From assembly GCA_035400705.1 (NCBI GenBank), contig DAOMZV010000002.1:1-46947 (forward strand): 46,947 nucleotides of DNA, in the 5' to 3' direction. Origin of the DNA: Candidatus Magasanikiibacteriota bacterium. GTDB lineage: Bacteria; Patescibacteriota; Patescibacteriia; Magasanikbacterales; UBA10003. Below are positions 19,939-28,830 of this stretch, piece after piece. Position 1 is the first letter of the stretch. Every line of letters begins with the position of its first letter. Under the pieces are notes generated by a model. The model did no database searches. It had not been told where the DNA came from and saw nothing but the letters and a program-made list of their open reading frames with translations. Position numbers and translations under genes: made by a program.

Positions 19939-20601
19939 ATGTCCAATTTAACTTTAAATGCCCAAAAAAGAAGCGAAGATTTAAAAATGAAAGACCTTCG
20001 TGAGGCTAGAAAAATCCCTGCTGTTGTTTACGGTCACGGTTTTAAAAATTTAAATATTGTTTTAGAGTATTTAAATTTTGAACGTGTTTATCAGCAAGTT
20101 GGTTTTAGTGGTTTGGTTGATTTAGTAATTGAAGGCGAAAAACCGTTAAAGGTTTTGATTCAAGATTTTCAGTTAGACCCTTTAACTAATAAATTTACTC
20201 ACGCCGATTTACACACGGTTAAAATGGATGAAAAAATTAAAACTGAAATTAAATTATCTTTTGTTGGTGAGGCTCCAGCTGTTAAGGGCTTGGGTGGTAC
20301 TTTGGTAAAGAGCTTTTCCGAATTACCAGCCGAATGTTTACCTCAAGATTTAGTTAATGAAATTGCCGTAGACATTTCTTCTTTAAAAGAATTCGGCAGT
20401 GTTATTCATGTTAAAGATGTGGTTGTTTCTAAGGGAATTAAAATTTTAGCCAACCCCGATGATGTTATTGTTACTGTCGTTGAGTCTAAGGTTGAAGATG
20501 AAGCAGTAGCTCCAGTGGCTGATTTAAGTCAAATTAAAACTGAAGCTGAAGAAAAAAGAGAAAAGAAAGCAGCTGAAAAGAAAGAAGAAGAAACCAAATA
20601 G
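19939..20601 (+). CDS. rplY: 50S ribosomal protein L25 (Ctc long form)
   Basis: 220 aa. R..G+IPAVVYGHG N-terminus, two-domain length, and a K/E-rich tail. Confidence 0.85.
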   Translation: MSNLTLNAQKRSEDLKMKDLREARKIPAVVYGHGFKNLNIVLEYLNFERVYQQVGFSGLVDLVIEGEKPLKVLIQDFQLDPLTNKFTHADLHTVKMDEKIKTEIKLSFVGEAPAVKGLGGTLVKSFSELPAECLPQDLVNEIAVDISSLKEFGSVIHVKDVVVSKGIKILANPDDVIVTVVESKVEDEAVAPVADLSQIKTEAEEKREKKAAEKKEEETK

Positions 20602-20642
20602 TTGGTTGGTTCAGAGTTTGTCCAGCTCAGTAATAATTTTTT

Positions 20643-21692
20643 ATGAATTTTTTCTGGAAAAAAAGTTTTTCCAAAACACAACGCTACTTATTTTTGGTAG
20701 CGTTGTTTGCTATTGTTTTAAGTTTAATTTTTGTAGTAATTTTTAAATATAACCTAACCAAACAGGGACAAGAAAAAGATAATATAATTGGTACTGAGGA
20801 AGAAAAAATTGAAGAGTCTACCACTTCGACACTGAGTTTTTTGAACGGGGTTGTTGTTCCGTTGGAAATTACTTCTAGTTGCGCCGCGGTGATGATTGAC
20901 AACGCACCAGAGGTGGAAAAACAGTTTGGATTGAATGCCGCTGCCTTAGTTTATGAAGCGCCAGTAGAAGGTGGACGAACCAGGTTTATGGCTGTCTATC
21001 ATCTAACCACTTCTACGGAACAGTTTATTGGACCAGTGAGAAGTGCTCGGCCGTATTATTTAGATTGGGTGCAAGAATTAAATTGTTTGTATACTCACGT
21101 TGGTGGCAGTCCGGAAGCCTTACAAAAAATTAAAACTGCTAATATTTTTGATCTTAATGAATTTTATAATGGCAACTATTTTTGGCGCAGCAAAAATTAT
21201 GTCGCGCCTCATAGCACTTTTACTTCGTTAGAGAATTTAGCTGCCGCTTTTGAAAAAAATAAAACTGAGGTGGTAGAAAGTGAGGTTTCTCGTTGGTTAT
21301 TTGCTAAAACGGAAACTAAAGATTTAGAATCCGGGGAAGGTTTCTTTGAAGAAAAAATTGGCGAGTCAAAAATAGCTTGGCAATTTGATCAAAATTTAAA
21401 AAACTGGAAACGTTTGGTTGAGGGAAAAAGCGTCCAAGATGAAGAGGGTACTGTTAAGGCCAAAAATGTGGTTTTTCAATATGTTTCAGCTAAAGTTTTG
21501 GACCAAGAAGGTCGTTTATCTTTAACTACAGTTGGTCGTGGTAAGGCGGTAATTTTAAAAGGTTCTAGAGTAATTAAAGGCACCTGGGAAAAAACCGGCA
21601 CCCAAGAAAGAACTAAATTTTTTGGTCCTGATACTAAAGAAATTGAGTTTAATCCCGGGCTTACTTGGGTGGAAATTGTGCCTCAATTTTAA
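20643..21692 (+). CDS. DUF3048-family (YerB-like) exported protein
   Basis: N-terminal TM/signal anchor. The pattern MIDNAPE...GLN.A.LVYEAPVEGGRTRFMAVY...PVRSARPYY matches my recollection of DUF3048. Confidence 0.65.
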   Translation: MNFFWKKSFSKTQRYLFLVALFAIVLSLIFVVIFKYNLTKQGQEKDNIIGTEEEKIEESTTSTLSFLNGVVVPLEITSSCAAVMIDNAPEVEKQFGLNAAALVYEAPVEGGRTRFMAVYHLTTSTEQFIGPVRSARPYYLDWVQELNCLYTHVGGSPEALQKIKTANIFDLNEFYNGNYFWRSKNYVAPHSTFTSLENLAAAFEKNKTEVVESEVSRWLFAKTETKDLESGEGFFEEKIGESKIAWQFDQNLKNWKRLVEGKSVQDEEGTVKAKNVVFQYVSAKVLDQEGRLSLTTVGRGKAVILKGSRVIKGTWEKTGTQERTKFFGPDTKEIEFNPGLTWVEIVPQF

Positions 21693-22561
21693 ATAGTAAT
21701 CATGACTAGCCGAGTGAGTTTGGCTAAATCTTTTTTAAATTCTACTTGAGTTGTCGGTAGAATTTTTTTAATTAACAATTTAATTTTCTTTTCTTGGTCG
21801 GGGTCTATTTCTAGAAAAACAATTCCCTGTTTGAGTCTGTTTTGTTTTATTTGTTTCAAAAAACGTCGATAAAAAAATAATCCTTCGCGACCGCCATCTA
21901 AAGCTTGGTGTGGCTCTTTTTGAATACTTTTTTCTTTTAGTTGTTTAGGGGTTAAATAGGGGAGGTTAGCTGTAATTAAAAAAAATGAGTCGAGGTTTTT
22001 GGCCATGACTTTTTTAAGAGGTGTTAAAAGATCACCTAGAAAAAATTTGATTTTAATTTTGTTGAGTTGGGAATTTTTTTTAGCCACAATTAGAGCCACT
22101 GGAGAGATGTCGGTGGCAAAAGTTGGCAAGTGGAGAGGTACAATATTTTTATTAATGGCAATAGGTAAACAACCAGAACCGGTTCCAATATCAAATAAGA
22201 TAAGGTTTTTATTTTTAGCTTGAGATTTGATTTGACTAATGACCTCGGTAACTAAAAGTTCACTATCAGGTCGAGGCACTAAAACATTTTGGTTAACTTT
22301 GAAAGTTAGATTATAAAAATTTTTTTCTCCAGTTAAATAAGCCACTGGCCAATTTTGGGCACGTCGCCTAATTAAAGTAATCAATTTTTTAGATTGAGTT
22401 GGAGTTAAGATTTTTTCTGGATGAGTAAATAAAAAAGAACGATCTTTTTTTAAGACAAACATTAAAAGCACTTCGGTGTCCAGATCTGCCGAAGTGCTAG
22501 AACTAATTAATTTTTGGCGACCCCATTTTAAGGCTTGGGCGATAGTCAATTTATTCTTCAT
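21689..22561 (-). CDS. prmC: Release-factor glutamine N5-methyltransferase
   Basis: SAM motif DIGTGSGC. The catalytic tetrapeptide reads NLPY instead of NPPY. Overlaps the end of prfA by 11 nt, the classic prfA-prmC pairing. Confidence 0.85.
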   Translation of the reverse strand: MKNKLTIAQALKWGRQKLISSSTSADLDTEVLLMFVLKKDRSFLFTHPEKILTPTQSKKLITLIRRRAQNWPVAYLTGEKNFYNLTFKVNQNVLVPRPDSELLVTEVISQIKSQAKNKNLILFDIGTGSGCLPIAINKNIVPLHLPTFATDISPVALIVAKKNSQLNKIKIKFFLGDLLTPLKKVMAKNLDSFFLITANLPYLTPKQLKEKSIQKEPHQALDGGREGLFFYRRFLKQIKQNRLKQGIVFLEIDPDQEKKIKLLIKKILPTTQVEFKKDLAKLTRLVMITI

Positions 22562-23621
22562 CTTCTTGGCCGATTAATTCTGGATGTTTTTCTGCTTCTT
22601 GCAAAGAGGTAATAATTTCATCGATCTCTCCTTCCATAATTTTGGGTAAATTATGCCAACTCTTTTTAATCCGATGATCGGTTAAGCGGTCTTGGGGAAA
22701 ATTATAAGTGCGGGTTTTTTCACTGCGTTCTCCAGTTCCGATTTGGGATAAACGAGTTTCGCTAAGCTCTTTTCTTTTTCTTTCCTCTTCTTTTTCCCAT
22801 AATCTGGCGCGCAAAACCTGCATAGCCTTTTCTTTATTTTGCGCTTGACTTCTTTCATCCTGACATTGAACCACCAAACCAGTTGGTAGGTGGGTAATGC
22901 GGATGGCACTATAAGTAGTGTTAACGCTCTGGCCGCCATGTCCACCGGAAGTGGAGGTTTCTATTTTTAAATCTTTAGGGTCAATTTTAAAATCTGTTTC
23001 TTCCATTTCTGGCAAAACCGCAACTGTTACTGTGGAAGTATGAACTCGGCCGCTTTTTTCCGTTTCGGGAACTCTTTGAACGCGATGGACCCCGCTTTCA
23101 TATTTAAGATTTTTGTAAACGTTCTGCCCTTCAATGGAAAAGATAACTTCTTTAAAGCCACCAATGCCAATGCGATTAGAAGAAATTAAATGAGTTTTCC
23201 AATTATGGCTTTCAGCAAATTTAGAATAAAGACGAAAAAGTTCAGCGGAAAATAAGGCCGATTCATCACCGCCAACTCCAGCCCGAATTTCCATAATTAC
23301 ATTTTTTTTGTTATAGGGATCGGGCGGGTTAAGCATCTCTTCCAATTCTTCCTCTAGTTTAATTTTTTTATTTTTAAATTCGGCTAATTCCGATTCGGCT
23401 ATTTTTAAAATTTCGGAATCTGTTTCTTGTTTAAGTATTTCTTCTGTTTCAACAAGATTTTTTTTGATAGTTTCCAAATGAGCAGCCTTGTCCACGATTT
23501 CTTTTAGCTCATTATATTGCTTTAAAGACTCTCGGAATTTTTGTAGATCATTAATTACTTCAGGTAGCTGAAGTTGGGTTTCTAATTCTTTATAATTTTT
23601 TTGGATGGCAGATAATTCCAT
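22551..23621 (-). CDS. prfA: Peptide chain release factor 1
   Basis: RVQRVPETE (P-x-T) and GGHGGQSVN (GGQ). Start set at ATG 23621 ([10 protein letters not shown]) because the ORF-track extension overlaps the rpmE terminator. Confidence 0.95.
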   Translation of the reverse strand: MELSAIQKNYKELETQLQLPEVINDLQKFRESLKQYNELKEIVDKAAHLETIKKNLVETEEILKQETDSEILKIAESELAEFKNKKIKLEEELEEMLNPPDPYNKKNVIMEIRAGVGGDESALFSAELFRLYSKFAESHNWKTHLISSNRIGIGGFKEVIFSIEGQNVYKNLKYESGVHRVQRVPETEKSGRVHTSTVTVAVLPEMEETDFKIDPKDLKIETSTSGGHGGQSVNTTYSAIRITHLPTGLVVQCQDERSQAQNKEKAMQVLRARLWEKEEERKRKELSETRLSQIGTGERSEKTRTYNFPQDRLTDHRIKKSWHNLPKIMEGEIDEIITSLQEAEKHPELIGQEDEE

Positions 23622-23647
23622 ATTCTCTATTATATCTAAATTGAAGA

Positions 23648-23685
23648 AATTAAAAAACAAACACAAGAAAAGGTGTTTGTTTTTT
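23648..23685 (-). terminator. Hairpin/terminator between rpmE and prfA
   Basis: ACAAACAC-N8-GUGUUUGU with flanking A/U runs. Confidence 0.5.
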
Positions 23686-23699
23686 AGATTTTAGTGTAG

Positions 23700-23978
23700 T
23701 TAAGCTTGGCTGGCTTTTTTGGCAGCGCGAGTGGCTTTCTTAACTTTTTTGCCCTTTCTAACTGCGGCAGTGGTAGTTTTCTTAACTGCTCTTTCTTTGA
23801 ATTTTTCTACACGTCTAGCGGTGTCTAAGAATTTTTGTTTACCGGTATAGAAAGGATGACAAGCATTGCAGACTTCAACGCCGATCTCTTTCATAGTAGA
23901 GCCAACAGTAAAAGTGTTACCGCAAGCGCAGGTAACCTTGGCATTTTCAAAATATTCTGGATGTCCTTGTTTTTTCAT
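23700..23978 (-). CDS. rpmE: 50S ribosomal protein L31 (zinc-binding C+ form, lysine-rich C-terminal extension)
   Basis: [13 protein letters not shown]...[10 protein letters not shown]. Confidence 0.9.
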   Translation of the reverse strand: MKKQGHPEYFENAKVTCACGNTFTVGSTMKEIGVEVCNACHPFYTGKQKFLDTARRVEKFKERAVKKTTTAAVRKGKKVKKATRAAKKASQA

Positions 23979-24005
23979 AAATTTAAGTTTATTATTGTGC
24001 TTTAA

Positions 24006-24034
24006 ATATTAGCACAAATTGTTTTTTTTGGCAA
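24006..24034 (-). promoter_or_regulatory. Candidate promoter for rpmE
   Basis: Minus strand reads TTGCCA-17 nt-(TGc)TAATAT. Confidence 0.5.
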
Positions 24035-24043
24035 GAGGCCGGG

Positions 24044-24072
24044 TTGACTTTAGCCTTATTTTGTGATATAAT
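24044..24072 (+). promoter_or_regulatory. Near-consensus promoter for the 24081 gene
   Basis: TTGACT-17 nt-(TGa)TATAAT. The -10 ends 8 nt before the ATG. Confidence 0.65.
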
Positions 24073-24080
24073 TAATTTAT

Positions 24081-24464
24081 ATGAGTATTTTTAGCGAAGG
24101 ACAATCTTATTATTCCGGGCCAGAAAATAAAGTCGACGCCAATCTTTTTGATTGGCTTATGTCTGAATATGATGATCTTAGAAAAGAGGGGGTACCATTT
24201 TTATCAGCTAGAACAGAGGCTTTGAAGAAAATTGGCATTCCTGGTCCATGGTGGGAATCTTATCTTTCAGCTTTATCAACCGAAGTGGCTCGAAGAAGGC
24301 GAGAAAATAAGGAAAAATATGGAGATAAAAATCAAAAAAAACCAAAAAAAGGTTTAAAAGAAGAATCGGTTAAATTAAGCGAAGCCCTTTTAAGTGATAT
24401 TAGAAGGACCAAAAGAGAAAGAGGTTGGGACCCAGATGAAGATGAAGATGAATTAATTTATTAA
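24081..24464 (+). CDS. Hypothetical protein (127 aa, basic middle, acidic C-terminus)
   Basis: ORF directly behind a consensus promoter. No motif recognised. Confidence 0.5.
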   Translation: MSIFSEGQSYYSGPENKVDANLFDWLMSEYDDLRKEGVPFLSARTEALKKIGIPGPWWESYLSALSTEVARRRRENKEKYGDKNQKKPKKGLKEESVKLSEALLSDIRRTKRERGWDPDEDEDELIY

Positions 24465-24518
24465 TTAGGGGAAGTTTCTAGTTAATTATATTGTGAAAGT
24501 TGTAATAAAAAATATTTT

Positions 24519-24998
24519 ATGGAAAAAGAACATTTTTCACCTGGGTCTGAGGAGGGTGCTTTCTCACCTGAGGAGGATGTTTCAATAAAAAAAATGGTCG
24601 CTCGTGGGGTGGAAATTGAAAAAGCAAAAGAACAAACTATTGCTAGAAGACATTGGAAGAATGGTCATTTGGGAGTGACCGCAGAGGACCATTTGGTGTT
24701 GGGAGGTACTCCTGATCAGGAATTGATAGAAAATCCAGGTAGAACTTTAGGTGAAGTATTGTCTATGGAAGAAATTCTTAAAGAATTAGAATCATTAAAA
24801 AATTTATTAGAAAATGCTAGAAAAGAATATGGCACCAAAGGTCTTAGTTATGAAGATCTTAGTTGGTGTAGGGATAATATAATACATGCCAAAAAGGAAC
24901 TGGTCGCGAGTATTAATTATTTAAAATCAATTGGTAAATTACCTGAAGAATTTGAGACTTTCGAAGTTAGTGATTTAGTCGGCGATCCGAAGATATAA
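24519..24998 (+). CDS. Hypothetical protein (159 aa, predicted helical/coiled-coil C-terminal half)
   Basis: ORF 54 nt after the previous one with no terminator between. No motif recognised. Confidence 0.5.
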   Translation: MEKEHFSPGSEEGAFSPEEDVSIKKMVARGVEIEKAKEQTIARRHWKNGHLGVTAEDHLVLGGTPDQELIENPGRTLGEVLSMEEILKELESLKNLLENARKEYGTKGLSYEDLSWCRDNIIHAKKELVASINYLKSIGKLPEEFETFEVSDLVGDPKI

Positions 24999-25024
24999 GA
25001 ATTTTTTATCACCAATATTAGATC

Positions 25025-25053
25025 TTGACTAAAATTTTATTCTGTGCTATATT
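25025..25053 (+). promoter_or_regulatory. Candidate promoter for the 25100 gene
   Basis: TTGACT-17 nt-(TGc)TATATT. Confidence 0.6.
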
Positions 25054-25099
25054 AGGTTGTTAATATGGTTCTTTTGGATTTTAAATAAGGAGAAAGGAA

Positions 25100-25543
25100 G
25101 TGGTTAAGAGAGTTGAATTAGAAATTGGTTGTTTGGATTATCAGCTGGCTAATGAAGTTTCCTCGCGGCTCCGCGGGTGTGATCCGGTTGAACGGAGCCA
25201 ACTTTTTACCACCGTGGTGTTTCAGGTGGTGAAAGATTGGGGCTTTGTTGGTGATCAATTTTGCCAACATTATAGGGCGGTTTGTTCAATCCTTGGCCGG
25301 CGCGGTGGCCAGAAAAAAACCAAGACCCCTCGTAAGGGGATGAGGGTCGGTGTTCAAGAGGAGCTTTTGAAGATTCCTTTTGGCAGTTGGCCCGAAATTC
25401 GTCCGGGCATGACCCCGGAAGAAGAAGTTTTAGTGGCATTTGCTCAGGAAGATCTTCTTGAGCAGATGGAACAGAACGCCTTTGAAAGGCGCGATGATCT
25501 TATTGAAGAAGCTGAGTGTGTGGCTGATGCACACTACGGCTAA
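25100..25543 (+). CDS. Hypothetical protein (147 aa), visibly GC-richer than its neighbours
   Basis: GTG start preceded by a strong SD (TAAGGAGAAAGGAA). Followed by a strong terminator. No motif recognised. Confidence 0.5.
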   Translation: MVKRVELEIGCLDYQLANEVSSRLRGCDPVERSQLFTTVVFQVVKDWGFVGDQFCQHYRAVCSILGRRGGQKKTKTPRKGMRVGVQEELLKIPFGSWPEIRPGMTPEEEVLVAFAQEDLLEQMEQNAFERRDDLIEEAECVADAHYG

Positions 25544-25570
25544 TAACACTACCATTAACAATCAACAACA

Positions 25571-25598
25571 AAGGAACCTTTCGAGGTTCCTTTTTTAT
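25571..25598. terminator. Bidirectional intrinsic terminator (25100 gene / MazG-like gene)
   Basis: 9-bp stem AAGGAACCT-TTCG-AGGTTCCTT with a UUCG tetraloop, followed by TTTTTTATTTT on plus and UUUGUUGUUG on minus. Confidence 0.8.
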
Positions 25599-25599
25599 T

Positions 25600-25929
25600 T
25601 TAGCGATTATCTCCATTGCCGGAAATTACTCCTCTTTCTAAACGACTAAGCAATTTTTTAAGATTAACTTCAGCTATTTCATCTAAGGATAAGTTTAATT
25701 CAGTGGCCAATTGTGAGACATACCACAGCACGTCTCCCAATTCTTTTTTAATTTCTTCCTTAGTGGTTTCATCAATTATTCCGCCTTTGTCCCGTAGCAC
25801 CTTTTTGATTTTTTCTGCCACTTCTCCAGACTCTCCTGCTAAGCCCAAAGTTGGGTAAATAAAATTTTCCCCTCGGTTAGGATAGAGAGCGGTTTTTAAA
25901 GATTCTTTCTGGTATTCTTCAAAAGTCAT
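25600..25929 (-). CDS. MazG-like nucleoside triphosphate pyrophosphohydrolase (small single-domain form)
   Basis: 109 aa. LGLAGESGEVAEKIKK ... ELGDVLWYV is the EExxE/ExxD metal-binding helix pattern of the all-alpha NTP-PPase fold. Confidence 0.8.
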   Translation of the reverse strand: MTFEEYQKESLKTALYPNRGENFIYPTLGLAGESGEVAEKIKKVLRDKGGIIDETTKEEIKKELGDVLWYVSQLATELNLSLDEIAEVNLKKLLSRLERGVISGNGDNR

Positions 25930-25937
25930 ATTTATTT

Positions 25938-27695
25938 TTATTTAATAAACCCTCCAGCCTGCATTTCCCATAATTTTTTATATAAACCCTCAGTTTTTTC
26001 AAGCAGCTCCTGATGGGTGCCAGCTTCGGCAATTTGGCCTTTGGCAATTACTATTATTTTATCCATTTTCATAATGGTTGACAACCGATGAGCAATAACA
26101 ATAACTGTTTTGTTTTTCATTAAAGAATCTAAGGCGTCTTGGATTAAATGTTCAGAACTAGAATCTAGACTAGAAGTGGCTTCATCTAAAATAAGGATAG
26201 GTGAATTGCGTAAAATTGCTCGAGCAATCGCTACACGTTGGCGTTCGCCGCTAGATAGTTTAATGCCGCGTTCGCCAACATAAGTTTCATATCCTTCAGA
26301 TAAATTCTTGATAAATTCGTCACAGTGAGCTTGTTTGGCAGCCGTGTAAACCTCTTCATCAGTGGCTTCTGGTAGACCATAGCGGATATTTTCTTTAAGA
26401 GTGCGATGAAACAAAATTGGATCTTGGGGCACAAGGGAGATATTTTGACGTAAACTGTCTTGAGTTACTTCAATAATATTTTGTCCATCAATTAAAATTT
26501 TCCCTTCAGTCAAATCATGCATTCTCAAAAGAAGTTTGATAATAGTAGTTTTGCCAGCCCCGGAAGGCCCGACTAAAGCGTATTTGCCTCCGGCTGGTAG
26601 GGTTAAATTAAAATTTTTTAAGATGGTGTTTTTATTATTGTATTTGAAAGTAATATTTTGAAAATCAATTTTTCCTTGTTGGATTTCTAAGATGGAAGCT
26701 GAGGGTTGGTCAATAATTTCTGGAGACAACTCAATAATTTCGGCCATTTCTTGGGCTTCAGCCAGATCTTCATAAAGTTTTTGTAAGGTGTGGCCAAAAT
26801 TCCAAATCTTGCTGAATAACTGAACTAAGTAGGTTTGAATTAATACAAAATCACCCAAAGTTAAAATTCCTTTTTGTTTTAAACCAATAGCTAAATAAAA
26901 AATTCCTATTTCCAGACCAACCATCAACAATCCTTGAATACCGTGAAAAATGGAACCCATGGTCCAAACAAATGTCCTGATTTTTCTTAGCTGTTCATTT
27001 AGGTTGGCAAAAGATAAAATTTCTTTTTTTGTGCCACAAAATAATTTAATATTGGCGTTGTTAGTTATGGAATCGGCTAGTAAACCAGTCACTTTACTAT
27101 CGTATTCGTTACGTCGCAAATCGTACTTATATTTGAATTTTGTAAATAAAATGCTGCAAATAATAAACAAAACGCACCAAAAAACCAAAATCATACCCAA
27201 CCAAAAATTGCGACTGAATAAGACAAATAAAATTACTCCGGTGCTTAGAAAAAGAGGAAAAAAATCCCAATAGAAACGATCGATAATGCTTTCATAGGCG
27301 CGAGTAAAACGGTTAACTTTTTTAGTTAGAGAACCAACGAAATTATTGTTGAAAAAAGAAAAAGAATGGCGATGTAAAATTTTAAAACAAAAATTAGACA
27401 AATCAGCAATTGCTTTAGATTCTGACAAGCTGGCCGAAATAATAGCTACACGCCAAAATATTTGTCCAATCAAACTTATGATTAAGATGTAAATTAAGAT
27501 ATGAATTAAAGCTTGGGGATTGGTTACGGTCAGGTCACTAGTCATCTGGTCAAAGAATTGTTTAAAAAATATAGGGGAAATGGTTTCAGCCACGGAGGCC
27601 CCAATAATTCCAAGTAATATAAAACCGAACAACCAGGGATAGCGCAAAGTGTACCGAAAGAAGATTTTAAGAGTTTTTTTTGTTCCGGTTTTCAT
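25938..27695 (-). CDS. ABC exporter, fused permease-ATPase (MsbA/type I exporter-like)
   Basis: 585 aa. Six-TM N-terminal half, Walker A GPSGAGKTT, signature LSSGERQR, Walker B ILILDEATS. Confidence 0.9.
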   Translation of the reverse strand: MKTGTKKTLKIFFRYTLRYPWLFGFILLGIIGASVAETISPIFFKQFFDQMTSDLTVTNPQALIHILIYILIISLIGQIFWRVAIISASLSESKAIADLSNFCFKILHRHSFSFFNNNFVGSLTKKVNRFTRAYESIIDRFYWDFFPLFLSTGVILFVLFSRNFWLGMILVFWCVLFIICSILFTKFKYKYDLRRNEYDSKVTGLLADSITNNANIKLFCGTKKEILSFANLNEQLRKIRTFVWTMGSIFHGIQGLLMVGLEIGIFYLAIGLKQKGILTLGDFVLIQTYLVQLFSKIWNFGHTLQKLYEDLAEAQEMAEIIELSPEIIDQPSASILEIQQGKIDFQNITFKYNNKNTILKNFNLTLPAGGKYALVGPSGAGKTTIIKLLLRMHDLTEGKILIDGQNIIEVTQDSLRQNISLVPQDPILFHRTLKENIRYGLPEATDEEVYTAAKQAHCDEFIKNLSEGYETYVGERGIKLSSGERQRVAIARAILRNSPILILDEATSSLDSSSEHLIQDALDSLMKNKTVIVIAHRLSTIMKMDKIIVIAKGQIAEAGTHQELLEKTEGLYKKLWEMQAGGFIK

Positions 27696-27741
27696 ATTTT
27701 AGCTAAAAATAAAGGAATTGAAGTTAAAAAGGTTATAGCAG

Positions 27742-27770
27742 ATTATATTCATTTTAAGGCTTTTTGTCAA
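27742..27770 (-). promoter_or_regulatory. Consensus promoter for the ABC exporter-MazG unit
   Basis: Minus strand reads TTGACA-AAAAGCCTTAAAATGAA-TATAAT. Confidence 0.65.
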
Positions 27771-27794
27771 GATAGTTAAAATAATTTTGCCTAA

Positions 27795-27823
27795 TTGACT
27801 TTTTATTCAAATTCGGTTAAGAT
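27795..27823 (+). promoter_or_regulatory. Candidate promoter for the 27859 paralog
   Basis: TTGACT-17 nt-TAAGAT. Confidence 0.55.
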
Positions 27824-27858
27824 TTTTGAGGTTTGGTTCTTTTTACAAGGAAGAAAAA

Positions 27859-28824
27859 ATGGAAAATTTGCAGATGGTTTTGGGTCCGGAATTGTGGGAA
27901 AGATTGAATGAACCAAGCAATCTACCCGCCATTGTTGACTTTTTACAGTCTTTGCCAAAAACAAAATTTGATCAATTGATTTTGTCTTGTCATCAGGATG
28001 GGGTTAATCCTCTGATTACTGAAAGTAACTTTCCTTTAATTGAAGGTGAGTTTACTAATCGTGATGATGAAATTTTGGAAATTTGTCTAAAGACTAGTTG
28101 TACTGGAGCGGAAGCTGAAAAGGCCTTGCTCAAAAAAGGCTTCCGTTCGGTAGACATTAGAATGGCCATGAGTTACGTAGCCAGTCATTTGGATGCCCAA
28201 AGAAAATATGACGTGGTCGCCCTGGGCTCTAAAATAGACAGGATTACTGATATTTATGTACCATCATTCGTTTTAAATAACTCCAAGAAGTGCATTTTTG
28301 GTTTGAAGAGTTACAACGATGGTTTTAATCGAAGTACACGTTTTTTGGTGGTGCATGATAATCGTCGCATAATTGATTGCGACGCCGAACCGACTGTTCC
28401 CGAAATGGCAAAAGAGATTTTAGAGATGGGCTTTTTTGTTAAAAGCCATCAAAAAAACGGACAGTTGGTTTGGGATCCGAGAAAGATTAGCCTGGTTGAA
28501 TCCAAAACTCAGAAAGAAGATTCAAAAAGAAACGAACGCCTTCTTTCCTTCTGGTTCTCTCCGGAAGAATTCAGGGGGCAAGTTTTAAATGCTAATGTTT
28601 TGGACTATCTTTTAGCTAATCCAGAACTTATTCCCGAGAGTTGGAAAAAAGAAGGAGCGATTTATTTCTGGGGCACTATTTTTGCTGTTGGTAAAAAGGA
28701 TGAATTTAATCTAGACATGGTAAGAATCCTTGAATACAGCAAGGGTGAAAAGAAGTGGGTTAGTACTGTAGAAAGAGGGACATCCATTTATTATTTCGCC
28801 AAGGCCGCAGTTTTGATTAACTGA
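27859..28824 (+). CDS. Hypothetical protein, long member of the paralog family (unique N-terminal ~170 aa plus shared C-terminal module)
   Basis: ATG 27859 with AAGGAAG SD is preferred, because the ORF-track TTG at 27826 sits at the predicted transcription start. IIDCDAEPTVP...WDPRKISL...QVLNANVLDYLLANPELIPESWKKEGAIYFWGTIF matches the 16886 protein. Confidence 0.6.
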   Translation: MENLQMVLGPELWERLNEPSNLPAIVDFLQSLPKTKFDQLILSCHQDGVNPLITESNFPLIEGEFTNRDDEILEICLKTSCTGAEAEKALLKKGFRSVDIRMAMSYVASHLDAQRKYDVVALGSKIDRITDIYVPSFVLNNSKKCIFGLKSYNDGFNRSTRFLVVHDNRRIIDCDAEPTVPEMAKEILEMGFFVKSHQKNGQLVWDPRKISLVESKTQKEDSKRNERLLSFWFSPEEFRGQVLNANVLDYLLANPELIPESWKKEGAIYFWGTIFAVGKKDEFNLDMVRILEYSKGEKKWVSTVERGTSIYYFAKAAVLIN

Positions 28825-28830
28825 ATTTTG

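Noticed and set aside
21689-21692. Convergent DUF3048 and prmC genes overlap by 4 nt (TTAA contains both stop codons), with no terminator between them.
   Set aside because: This is real but an ordinary consequence of genome compaction. No further signal was seen.
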